Shown here: piece by piece, positions 56,210 to 64,000 of the stretch | Position numbering within the stretch: position 1 is the first letter of the stretch | Layout: each line of letters starts with the position of its first letter | Assembly (NCBI GenBank): GCA_018819015.1 | Contig: JAHJQY010000016.1 | Span: forward strand, 18,064 to 82,063 | Reading direction: 5' to 3' | Source: Patescibacteria group bacterium | Lineage (GTDB): Bacteria; Patescibacteriota; Minisyncoccia; JAHISW01; Tagabacteraceae | DNA: 64,000 nt | Notes under the pieces: generated by a model | What the model saw: only the letters and a program-made list of their open reading frames with translations | Database searches by the model: none | Told to the model about the DNA's origin: nothing | Program-made: the position numbers and the translations under genes

Positions 56210-57552
56210 ATACCTTTCATAATGTATTTATAAATTCTTTCGGGGTTTATTAGTTCGCCGTCTTGTTGGGGAAGGGAAACTACTTTTGCGCTGACTTTTT
56301 CCCGCACGACAAAAAATAATTGACCTTGGTTCATTTCCGGGACTATAAATTTTGCGCATCGCTTTTCATATTTTTTGATAATCTCGGTTGGAAACGGCCA
56401 CAAAATTTTTAATCTTAATAAACCAATTTTTTCCCCTTTTTTTCTAGCCTTTTTAATTGCTTCTTTGGCAATGCGGCCGACAAGCCCGTAGGCAACGATT
56501 ATTTGTTTCGCGTCTTCCAGAAAAAATTTTTCGACATCAATGGGCCGTTTTTTTATAATTTTATTTTCCAGGTGGTGGATTAATTTTTCATAAGATTCTG
56601 AATCGGCAGTATTACGCCAGCCCCGCTCGTCGTGCGCGGAACCGGTGATCATTAAATGTTCTCCGTCAGCAAAATTAGGCATACTCGGGGCGGAGTAATT
56701 TTTTGTCGGGCCAAATGGCGGTTCGTTGGGAATATAAATTCTGTTAAAAACTTTTTGCGGTTTGATAATCAACGTTTCCGTTAAATGCGCCAGAAACGCG
56801 TCGGTTAAAATAATTACCGGTGTTCTGTATTTTTCTGAAAGATTGAAGGCCTTGATTGTTAGGTCATAGCACTCTTGGACCGAGGCAGGGCAAAGCGCTA
56901 TGTGTTGCAACCCTCCGTGGTCGCCCCAGCGCGCCATTCGTATATCGCCAGTAGAGGGTTTGGTTGGCATGCCGGTACTTGGTCCGCCTCTTTGCACGTT
57001 AATTATTACGCAAGGCGTTTCAGTCATGTCAGCGAAACTGATGTTTTCTTGCATTAATGAGAAGCCGGGGCCGGAAGTGGCAGTCATTGATTTGACTCCT
57101 GCCCAGGAGGCGCCAATTATGGCGGCCATAGAAGCAATTTCATCTTCCATTTGAATAAAAGAACCGTTTAGTTTCGGCATTCTTATGGCCATTCTTTCAA
57201 GAATTTCAGAGGCCGGGGTAATCGGATAGCCGGCAAAAAATCTGCAGCCGGCGGCCAGGGCGCCTTCCGCGCAGGCGTCGTTTCCTGAAAGAAAATATTT
57301 TTGACCTGTTTTTAGGAGTGGCTTGGAATTTATCCAGCCGCCTCGTTTTTCGGATTTTATCTTGCTTTTTATTTTTTCTATTTCTTCATTTTTAAAACAA
57401 ATTGCTCCTTCTGGGCACAAAAGTTCGCATTGCCGGCACGAATTGCATTTTTCCTGAATAATTTTTAACCCATCATTTTTCACAATGGCTTTTTGTTGGC
57501 AAAATTCCATACAAATACCGCATTCTTTGCATAAAGAATTATCTATTTCCAT
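56203..57552 (-). CDS. 2-oxoacid:ferredoxin oxidoreductase alpha subunit with N-terminal 2x[4Fe-4S] ferredoxin fusion
   Basis: CKECGICMEFC and CNSCRQCELLCP; GYPITPASE, QMEDEI, TATSGPGFSLM, QRGGPSTGMPT. Confidence 0.93.
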   Translation of the reverse strand: MEIDNSLCKECGICMEFCQQKAIVKNDGLKIIQEKCNSCRQCELLCPEGAICFKNEEIEKIKSKIKSEKRGGWINSKPLLKTGQKYFLSGNDACAEGALAAGCRFFAGYPITPASEILERMAIRMPKLNGSFIQMEDEIASMAAIIGASWAGVKSMTATSGPGFSLMQENISFADMTETPCVIINVQRGGPSTGMPTKPSTGDIRMARWGDHGGLQHIALCPASVQECYDLTIKAFNLSEKYRTPVIILTDAFLAHLTETLIIKPQKVFNRIYIPNEPPFGPTKNYSAPSMPNFADGEHLMITGSAHDERGWRNTADSESYEKLIHHLENKIIKKRPIDVEKFFLEDAKQIIVAYGLVGRIAKEAIKKARKKGEKIGLLRLKILWPFPTEIIKKYEKRCAKFIVPEMNQGQLFFVVREKVSAKVVSLPQQDGELINPERIYKYIMKGIW

Positions 57553-57598
57553 TTTTATTTTCCTTTCAAGGGTCTTTTCCCCATGCTATATTGAGAAT

Positions 57599-57817
57599 AT
57601 GTGTTTGGCAATACCGTCTAAAATTGTAGATATAAAAGAAGGTTGGGCGACTGTTCGGTCAGATAAACATAATCATAGGGCCAATTTGTCGCTGGTTAAA
57701 GATGTTAAAGTGGGAGATTATGTTTTGGTTCACGGCGATATGGTTTTGAATAAAGTTGAAAAAGAAGAAGCGGAAAAAATATTAAAAATGGTAAATAATA
57801 ATTATTATGAAAAATAA
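57599..57817 (+). CDS. hypC: hydrogenase maturation chaperone HypC
   Basis: MCLAIP N-terminus, VGDYVLVHG. Confidence 0.93.
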   Translation: MCLAIPSKIVDIKEGWATVRSDKHNHRANLSLVKDVKVGDYVLVHGDMVLNKVEKEEAEKILKMVNNNYYEK

Positions 57818-58712
57818 AGGTGTGTACATGGCTTTGGCCACGGCTTTTGTCAGCGGTTTCGCAGTTTTTTTTAATAAATTTGCCGTCGATTTTTGGCAGA
57901 ATTCTTCGGTTTTTACAACCGGCAAAAATTTAGTGGCTGCGTTGTTTTTAACTTCTCTTATTTTATTGTTAAAAAAGAGAACCGAGTTGAAAAATTTAAC
58001 CAAAAAACAGTGGTTGCAGCTGGTTGTTATTGGTTTTGTCGGCGGTTCGGTTCCTTTTCTTTTGTTTTTTAAAGGATTGTCGCTTGCCTCGGCGGTTAAC
58101 GCCGCTTTTATTCATAAAACATTGTTTGTTTGGGTCGCGTTTTTGGCTGTTTTGTTTCTTAAAGAAAAAACTTCTGTTTTGCAGTGGTTGGCACTGGCTG
58201 TTCTTTTTGCGGGAGTTTATCTTTTTTCTTCGCCCGGCGATTTTAAAATTGGTTACGGAGAAATTTTAGTTTTTGGCGCCACTTTAATATGGGCTGTTGA
58301 AAATATAATTGCCAAAAAGGTTTTAGAAAATATTTCTGCGCTGGTTGTGGGGTGGGGCAGGATGTTTTTCGGGTCGTTTTTTCTTTTGGTTTATCTAGTT
58401 GCGACTGGCGATATTGTCCAACTATTGAAGTTCAACTTCAATAGTTGGGGCTGGTTGGTTTTAAGCGGCGCGATTCTTTTTGGCTATGTCGTCACCTGGT
58501 ATTCGGCTCTAAGGCGCGCGCCGGCCACAGTGGTTTCTTCAATTTTGGTTCTGGCGGCGCCGATTACCGCTTTGCTAAATTCTATTTTTATAACCCATCA
58601 ATTTAAAATTTCTTTGCTTTGGCCGACGGTCTTGATTTTGACCGGAGTTTTATTAGTCAGCGGATTATATGGATGGTTTAGAACTTTTTATCAAGTACGC
58701 CCTGCCTCCTAA
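57807..58712 (+). CDS. EamA/DMT-family transporter
   Basis: about ten TMs, LLFFKGL, FLKEK. Confidence 0.9.
   Translation: MKNKGVYMALATAFVSGFAVFFNKFAVDFWQNSSVFTTGKNLVAALFLTSLILLLKKRTELKNLTKKQWLQLVVIGFVGGSVPFLLFFKGLSLASAVNAAFIHKTLFVWVAFLAVLFLKEKTSVLQWLALAVLFAGVYLFSSPGDFKIGYGEILVFGATLIWAVENIIAKKVLENISALVVGWGRMFFGSFFLLVYLVATGDIVQLLKFNFNSWGWLVLSGAILFGYVVTWYSALRRAPATVVSSILVLAAPITALLNSIFITHQFKISLLWPTVLILTGVLLVSGLYGWFRTFYQVRPAS
58418..58448. repeat. family A variant in EamA gene
   Basis: CCAACTATTGAAGTT-C-AACTTCAATAGTTGG. Confidence 0.9.
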
Positions 58713-59334
58713 TGTTTTGGGCTATTGCGGCCCGAAGTTTTTAGCTTGCGACAAAAGTTCGCTTCTTCAATTTGAAGGAGCTGTTCCTTATCTTCGGCTC
58801 ATCGCGCAGGCGAATAACATAAAAGATGAATTTGACGCGCGGGTGGTGGAGGCTTATTGGTTGGGCAATGATTTGTTGAAAAAGGTTTCTGATAAAAATT
58901 TATACGGCAATATTGAAAACCGTTTTAAAAAAAGGATGTCCGGGAAAGATTGGTCGTGGTTAGTCGCCGAATCGATTCGCGAAGCTAAACCGCACCATGT
59001 TTTCCATGTTTTTGACATTTATCGCCGCGCCGGGCTGATGCGTTCCGGGGCAATAGAAAAAGTTTTGGAGACCATGGATAATTGCCGTATTTCTTGGGGG
59101 AGCATGACAGATGAAGGATTTGTGGAATATAGCCCATTAGTTTTTAAAAACAATAAGCTGGATTTTGGCGAAAAAACTGAAAAGAAATTAATATCTTTAG
59201 ATTCAACAATTAAGGTTGGGGACGAGGTTTCTTTTCATTGGAATTATATTTGCGATAAAATTAGTCCAAGGCAAAAACAAAATTTAACTTTTTGGACCAA
59301 GTATCATTTAGATATTACAAATAAAACTATTTAA
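58669..59334 (+). CDS. DUF6390-like protein
   Basis: YALPPNVLGYCGP, VVEAYWLGN, PHHVFHV, MDNCRISWG, VSFHW. Confidence 0.75.
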   Translation: MDGLELFIKYALPPNVLGYCGPKFLACDKSSLLQFEGAVPYLRLIAQANNIKDEFDARVVEAYWLGNDLLKKVSDKNLYGNIENRFKKRMSGKDWSWLVAESIREAKPHHVFHVFDIYRRAGLMRSGAIEKVLETMDNCRISWGSMTDEGFVEYSPLVFKNNKLDFGEKTEKKLISLDSTIKVGDEVSFHWNYICDKISPRQKQNLTFWTKYHLDITNKTI

Positions 59335-59393
59335 TGTGCCGAGCAGGTGAGGTTGAGCTTCTTGCCTTGCTGTGTTAAGATGAAATCGCAATT

Positions 59394-59588
59394 ATGAAAG
59401 GCAAGCTTAAAACAAAAGCAGAGAGTAAAAAAACAGCTCAAGAAATTCAAGATGAATCTTTTAGAAAAATGTCGGCCGACCACAAGTTGGCGCTAGCTTT
59501 TAATTTATGGAAAATCGCAAAGGAATTATCAAAAGATAATTTTAAATATGCCATCAGACCCGCGACGTCTTTTGATAGACGTTACTAA
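59394..59588 (+). CDS. small hypothetical protein (possible partner of a nucleotidyltransferase)
   Basis: EIQDESFRKMSADHKLALA pattern; overlaps a truncated downstream ORF. Confidence 0.5.
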   Translation: MKGKLKTKAESKKTAQEIQDESFRKMSADHKLALAFNLWKIAKELSKDNFKYAIRPATSFDRRY

Positions 59589-59609
59589 AATTTTAAAATC
59601 TCAAGAAAT

Positions 59610-60827
59610 TTAGTGTACAGAACAAGTAATACATGGATCATAGGCCCGGACGAGCATCTCAAGTAGGCGCTCTTTTTCTTTTTGGGTTTTTTCTTTGTTT
59701 TGCTCCAAAAGCGCGTTAGCGCTTTTTTCTATGGAGGTAAGGTTTTGCACGGTTGGAGTGATAATGTTGGCGTAGGTGATAATGCCTTTGTTGTTCCAGC
59801 GCAGTTCATGGTAAAGCCCGCCGCGCGGGGCTTCTATTGCGCCTATACCCTCGCTTGCGTAAACATCGAAGTCCGACTTCGATGTTCCATCGAAGTCGGA
59901 CTTCGATGCAAGTAATTGTTCTAAAATTTTTCCGGCTTGTTTGTGATAAAGCAAAATTTCAATGGCCTGCGCGATATTGTTATGGAAAGGATTTTGAAAA
60001 TCTAGGATTTCTTTTTCTTTGTGGTCGGAAAAATAAAGCCGGGCCAGCGCGCCAACCATTATTTCTCGGCCCTTATAGCCGCCAAATTTGGCAGTGGAAT
60101 AGTTTCTGATTTCCTCGGTAATAACTTCTTTATAATTTTTTATAGAAGGGTTTACCCTGAGCGGAGTCGAAGGGTCGTTTTTGTTTGATAAAATTTTTTC
60201 TTTCTTTTGGGTTACTAGCTCTAAATCAACTTTTAGTTCCGGAAATTTAATTTTTGAGCAGATATTCAAGGCGCGACCAGCCGACGCTCTTGTTTGTTTG
60301 ATTTTTTGGAGCAGTTTTTCCAATTGTTCTCTAGTCGGAATTTTATGAAAACCGCCGATGGTGGTGGTTGTCGGGTGGACGTTGCGGCCGGCCACGACAG
60401 CCGCGATGTCATCGGAGACTTCTTTTATATCCAGCGCGGCCTTAAAATCTTTTGGATTTTTTTGGGCCAGCTCGGTGCCGCGGTCTATTCCCAGATAGTC
60501 CGGCAAAGACAAAAAGAATAAATGAAGAGCGTGGCTTTGCATCATTTGGGCGCAGACCATCAATTCGCGAAGGAGTTCTGTTGTTTCGCTGATTTCAATT
60601 TTCAGGCCATCCTCGCAAGCGCGCAAAGAGGCCAGATTATGGGCGATAGGGCAGACGCCGCAGATGCGCGGGGTTATCCAGTGGCTTTCTTCAATGGTTC
60701 GGCCGACCAGCAATCCTTCAAAAAGCCGCTCGCCTTCGTGAATATGCAGTTTGACTTGGCTCTTGGAAAAATCAGTTTCCAAGCTACCGTGTCCCTCAAT
60801 TTTCGCGATATATTTATCGGTGATCAT
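59610..60827 (-). CDS. NiFe hydrogenase large subunit (group 3b-like)
   Basis: KIEGHG, RICGVC (L1), EAPRG, DPCITCSVH (L2). Confidence 0.95.
   Translation of the reverse strand: MITDKYIAKIEGHGSLETDFSKSQVKLHIHEGERLFEGLLVGRTIEESHWITPRICGVCPIAHNLASLRACEDGLKIEISETTELLRELMVCAQMMQSHALHLFFLSLPDYLGIDRGTELAQKNPKDFKAALDIKEVSDDIAAVVAGRNVHPTTTTIGGFHKIPTREQLEKLLQKIKQTRASAGRALNICSKIKFPELKVDLELVTQKKEKILSNKNDPSTPLRVNPSIKNYKEVITEEIRNYSTAKFGGYKGREIMVGALARLYFSDHKEKEILDFQNPFHNNIAQAIEILLYHKQAGKILEQLLASKSDFDGTSKSDFDVYASEGIGAIEAPRGGLYHELRWNNKGIITYANIITPTVQNLTSIEKSANALLEQNKEKTQKEKERLLEMLVRAYDPCITCSVH
59862..59908. repeat. tandem pair of family A-related palindromes in hydrogenase large subunit
   Basis: AACATCGAAGTC-C-GACTTCGATGTT and CATCGAAGTC-G-GACTTCGATG. 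Confidence 0.9.
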
Positions 60828-61588
60828 TTTTCATTTTTATTATAAAACATCGTGAAATATCTTTTTATTTCTTCTTCGTCGGCGAATTTTTTGAGGGCTT
60901 GTTTTAATCCTTCAACATTGGCTTCTTCGCGTGGGCCGAAACAGCCGTAGCAGGGCGAGCCGCCGGAAATACAGATGGCCTGGCATCCGCCTTGCGTTAT
61001 CGGGCCCAGGCAGATTTTTTTGTTTATAATGCGGCATTCATTGCCGGCTCGCTTGCAGTCAAAGCAGACCGAGTATGGCCGGTAACTCGGTTTTTTGCCG
61101 GCCAAAAGTTCTTCAAAAATTCTTTCCAGCTCGCCGGCATTAACCGGACAGCCATGAATAGCAAAATCCACCTTGACATAAGCGCTAAGCGGTAAAGCGT
61201 CAATTCCTTTCGGCTTGTACACTTGCCCTGAGCTTGTCGAAGGGTATATTTTTTTGTACCACCCGGCGCGTTTTTCTTGGTCCATAATTCCCGGTATCCC
61301 CGCCAGCGCGGCGCAGGCGCCGAGCGCGATGACATATTGGGAGTTTTCGCGAAGCCATTTCAAGGTGTCAATTTCATCTTGGGTGATGGGCGCTCCTTCA
61401 ATAAGCGCAATGTCAAAATATTTATCCTGAGCAGAGTCGAAGGATTTTCGTTCTTGCCCCAGCCGCCAGTCAACAATGTCAACTTGTTTTTCCAAATCCA
61501 AAAATCGTTCGCGAAGAGAAATTATTTCCACTTCGCACCCCTCGCAGTCGGTAAAATCATAGATGGCTACTTTAGGTTTTAATCCCAT
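60824..61588 (-). CDS. NiFe hydrogenase small (delta) subunit
   Basis: CEGC, LGACA, GCP, CFDC, CLGP..GC...C...CYGCFGP. Confidence 0.93.
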   Translation of the reverse strand: MGLKPKVAIYDFTDCEGCEVEIISLRERFLDLEKQVDIVDWRLGQERKSFDSAQDKYFDIALIEGAPITQDEIDTLKWLRENSQYVIALGACAALAGIPGIMDQEKRAGWYKKIYPSTSSGQVYKPKGIDALPLSAYVKVDFAIHGCPVNAGELERIFEELLAGKKPSYRPYSVCFDCKRAGNECRIINKKICLGPITQGGCQAICISGGSPCYGCFGPREEANVEGLKQALKKFADEEEIKRYFTMFYNKNEK

Positions 61589-62376
61589 GATTTATCTATT
61601 TCATCATAATTAAATACCGGGCCGTTTAGGCAGACATATTTGTCGCCGATTGTGCAATGCTGGCATCTGCCAACTCCACACTGCATTTTTCTTTCTAGAC
61701 TGACAAAAATCCGGCGGTCGGAAATTCCCAATGGTCTTAAAACTTTTTCCAGCGCGTCCATCATCGGGCCCGGTCCGCACATGGTGGCCACCGCGTTGGC
61801 CGGATCTATTTCTATTTTTTTGACAAGGTCGGTCACAAAACCAACGCATCCTTGCCATTCCGGATGGGGCGAGTCTATTGTCAAAATTATATTGATTTGT
61901 TTTTCCCAATCTTTAATTTCATCTTTCATTAAAATATCGTTCGGCGTGCGCGCTCCGTATAATAAATAAACTTTGCTGAATTTGCCGCGGTTTTTAATAA
62001 TGTATTTTACAAGAGAAGCGATAGGCGGAATGCCGCAACCGCCGGTGGCCATGACAATATCTTTTCCTTCAAAAAAATCCAAAGGAAAACCATTGCCATA
62101 AGGGCCGCGCAGAGTTATTTCGTCGCCGATTTTCAGATTGTGGAGCGCCGAGGTGACATTGCCGCCCGTGTCTCTGACTACTATGTCTATATGTTTTTTT
62201 TCATAAGGCGATGAAGCTGGCCCAAAAGGAGCTTCGCCGTAACCCCAAACGCCGGCCAGCACAAACTGGCCCGGCGTAAAATCCATTCTTTTTTTTAACC
62301 GGAAAAGTTTAACATTTTCGGAAAGTTTTTTTATATCAAGTATTTTTATTTGTTCAGGCAGATAAATATTTTCCAT
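61579..62376 (-). CDS. FAD/NAD(P)-binding [2Fe-2S] gamma subunit of sulfhydrogenase-type complex
   Basis: PGQF, RGPYGNGF, GGCGIPP, CGPGPMM, CGVGRCQHC...CLNGPVF. Confidence 0.92.
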   Translation of the reverse strand: MENIYLPEQIKILDIKKLSENVKLFRLKKRMDFTPGQFVLAGVWGYGEAPFGPASSPYEKKHIDIVVRDTGGNVTSALHNLKIGDEITLRGPYGNGFPLDFFEGKDIVMATGGCGIPPIASLVKYIIKNRGKFSKVYLLYGARTPNDILMKDEIKDWEKQINIILTIDSPHPEWQGCVGFVTDLVKKIEIDPANAVATMCGPGPMMDALEKVLRPLGISDRRIFVSLERKMQCGVGRCQHCTIGDKYVCLNGPVFNYDEIDKSWD

Positions 62377-62380
62377 ACAT

Positions 62381-63145
62381 TTATAATACTGCAAAATACA
62401 GGCATTTCCAATTTCCCAGCGACAAGTCTTCCGCCCGCGTTTTTTCCGGAATTCCGCATTCTCTCAGTGTTTCTATTGATATATTAAGATTGTTTTTCAG
62501 CATCTTTCTTTTTTGGGAAAATCCTTTTTTAATCAGATTAAAAAATTTTTGTTCATCAATGATGGAAGTTGAACTTCCATCATTGAAAAAATTTTTGGAA
62601 ATGTTGTTTATTTTAATTACGGCCGAATCAACTTTCGGCGTTGGCGAGAAATTGCCGGCCGGCACTTTTTTTATAATTTTCGGCTGGCCGTAGGCATTTA
62701 CGCTTAACGATAGTATGCTGGCTTTTTTGTCGCGCATTACGATTCTCTCGGCTACTTCTTTTTGAATCATCAGAACCATCAGCGATGGCTGGTGTTCCGC
62801 GCCTAGAAATTGCCGCAGGAAATGCGAAGTGATGTAATAAGGAATGTTTGCCACAATTTTGAAATTTTTTATCCTGAGCTTGTCGAACGGATTGAATCTT
62901 AAAATATCGTCTTGGATAATTTCAAGATTTTTGGCGCCGGAAAATTTCTGTTTTAAAAATTCAACAAGCGATGGATCTTTTTCAACCGCGATAACTTGGC
63001 CGGCTTTGGCCAAAAGTTTTTCGGTCAGGATTCCTTTACCCGGACCGACCTCCAAGATGATGTCGTCCTTTTTTATTTCGGCGGCCTCAATAATTTCTTC
63101 GGCTATTTTTTTGTTTTGTAAAAAATTTTGTCCCAGTTTGGCCAT
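62381..63145 (-). CDS. rsmA: 16S rRNA dimethyladenosine transferase RsmA/KsgA
   Basis: LGQNFL, LEVGPGKGILT, ANIPYYITS, QKEVAER, PKVDS. Confidence 0.96.
   Translation of the reverse strand: MAKLGQNFLQNKKIAEEIIEAAEIKKDDIILEVGPGKGILTEKLLAKAGQVIAVEKDPSLVEFLKQKFSGAKNLEIIQDDILRFNPFDKLRIKNFKIVANIPYYITSHFLRQFLGAEHQPSLMVLMIQKEVAERIVMRDKKASILSLSVNAYGQPKIIKKVPAGNFSPTPKVDSAVIKINNISKNFFNDGSSTSIIDEQKFFNLIKKGFSQKRKMLKNNLNISIETLRECGIPEKTRAEDLSLGNWKCLYFAVL
62556..62586. repeat. family A variant in rsmA
   Basis: TCAATGATGGAAGTT-G-AACTTCCATCATTGA. Confidence 0.9.
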
Positions 63146-63146
63146 A

Positions 63147-64000
63147 TTAAAAATCCAGATAATTAGTAGCCGGTAAATTTTCAAAATTTTGTTCAAAAAG
63201 CTCTGGCGGGATTTCGTTTATGAATCTTGACGGCTGGTTTATCTGCCGTCCGCCCATCATGGTCCGGCTGTAAGCGAAAGATAAATGGATTTTTTTCTGA
63301 GCGCGCGTCAGGGCGACGTAAAACAGACGTCTCTCTTCCTCTTCTTCGTCTTTGCCGAACGAGAAAGGTTTGATATACGGGAATAATCCGTCTTCAAGGC
63401 CGGCTATAAAAACACAGGGGAATTCCAGTCCTTTGGCGGCGTGTACTGTCATCAGCCGCACTTTTCCTTCCGAGGTTTTGGTAGGTGAGGGCGCAACTTC
63501 GTCTTGGTCTGTCATTAGCGCCGCGTCTTCCATAAATTTTTCCATCCCCCGAGGAGGTTTTAGGCCGTCATGTTTCATGGACAAGACAACAAGTTCTTTC
63601 AGGTTATCCATTCTCATTATTCCTTCCTCGGTGCCGTTGTCAAGATAGTTTTGGTACCCGCTTTCTTTTATTATGAAAAACAGCGCTTTTGAGAGAGGTT
63701 GGCTGTTTATTGTTTTTTTGATTTTTTCAAGCAGTCCAAAAAATTCTTTTATTTTTTCCATCCTGAGCGGAGTTGAAGGATTGCCGGTGAGATGATTCAG
63801 CAGGCTTGCTTTTCCCAGACCCCTCGAGGGTTCATTTATGATTCTTTCAAGGCTTATTATATCGCCAGGGTTCATGGCTGCTTTGGCGTAAGCAATAATA
63901 TCTTTCACTTCTTTTCTTTCAAAAAATTTTGTTCCTACAACTTGGTAGGGCAGGCCGCGGGAGATAAAAGATTCTTCCAGCGCTCGCGACTGGAAATTTG
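63147..64000 (-). CDS. UvrD/PcrA helicase, C-terminal part (5' end outside window)
   Basis: FFERKEVKD, LMTVHAAKGLEF, EEERRLFYVALTRA, PSRF. Confidence 0.93.
   Translation of the reverse strand, partial: NFQSRALEESFISRGLPYQVVGTKFFERKEVKDIIAYAKAAMNPGDIISLERIINEPSRGLGKASLLNHLTGNPSTPLRMEKIKEFFGLLEKIKKTINSQPLSKALFFIIKESGYQNYLDNGTEEGIMRMDNLKELVVLSMKHDGLKPPRGMEKFMEDAALMTDQDEVAPSPTKTSEGKVRLMTVHAAKGLEFPCVFIAGLEDGLFPYIKPFSFGKDEEEEERRLFYVALTRAQKKIHLSFAYSRTMMGGRQINQPSRFINEIPPELFEQNFENLPATNYLDF

Noticed and set aside
2073-62586. CRISPR interpretation of the ~29-bp palindromic repeats
   Set aside because: Copies are dispersed kilobases apart inside genes, with no regular spacers and no cas genes.
63466-63492. 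Possible further intragenic element in UvrD (APSPTKTSEGK)
   Set aside because: Looks like an insertion but only one degenerate copy was seen, so no family can be supported from this window.
1-64000. Alternative genetic code (TGA recoding)
   Set aside because: Standard code gives full-length genes and TGA terminates several of them (e.g. ruvB, rnpA).

Overview
A 64-kb gene-dense, AT-rich bacterial chromosome segment spanning the replication origin (dnaN-oriC-dnaA-rpmH-rnpA-yidC-jag). Gene content and compact proteins point to a Patescibacteria/CPR (Parcubacteria-like) genome; this is inference from gene set, not a marker phylogeny. It holds housekeeping genes, four tRNAs, two type IV pilus loci plus a second PilB, a VirB4/PrgI/VirB6-like secretion cluster beside oriC, a TusA-YeeE-V4R kinase-double receiver operon, and a 2-oxoacid:ferredoxin oxidoreductase / HypC-EamA-DUF6390 / group 3b-like NiFe hydrogenase island. 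The most striking signal is several families of short palindromic or periodic DNA elements sitting in frame inside unrelated proteins (identical peptide NVRSSTSNI in TsaD, ValS and TrmH; PSTPLR/PFDKLR/PSTSSG; LPAGxAG; 7-bp periodic tracts). There is also a 38-bp CGGTCG-centred intergenic element family, a promoter-driven ~200-nt structured RNA candidate, and a pervasive leaderless (TAnnnT-N6-ATG) gene architecture. All repeat calls were made by eye and are not exhaustive.
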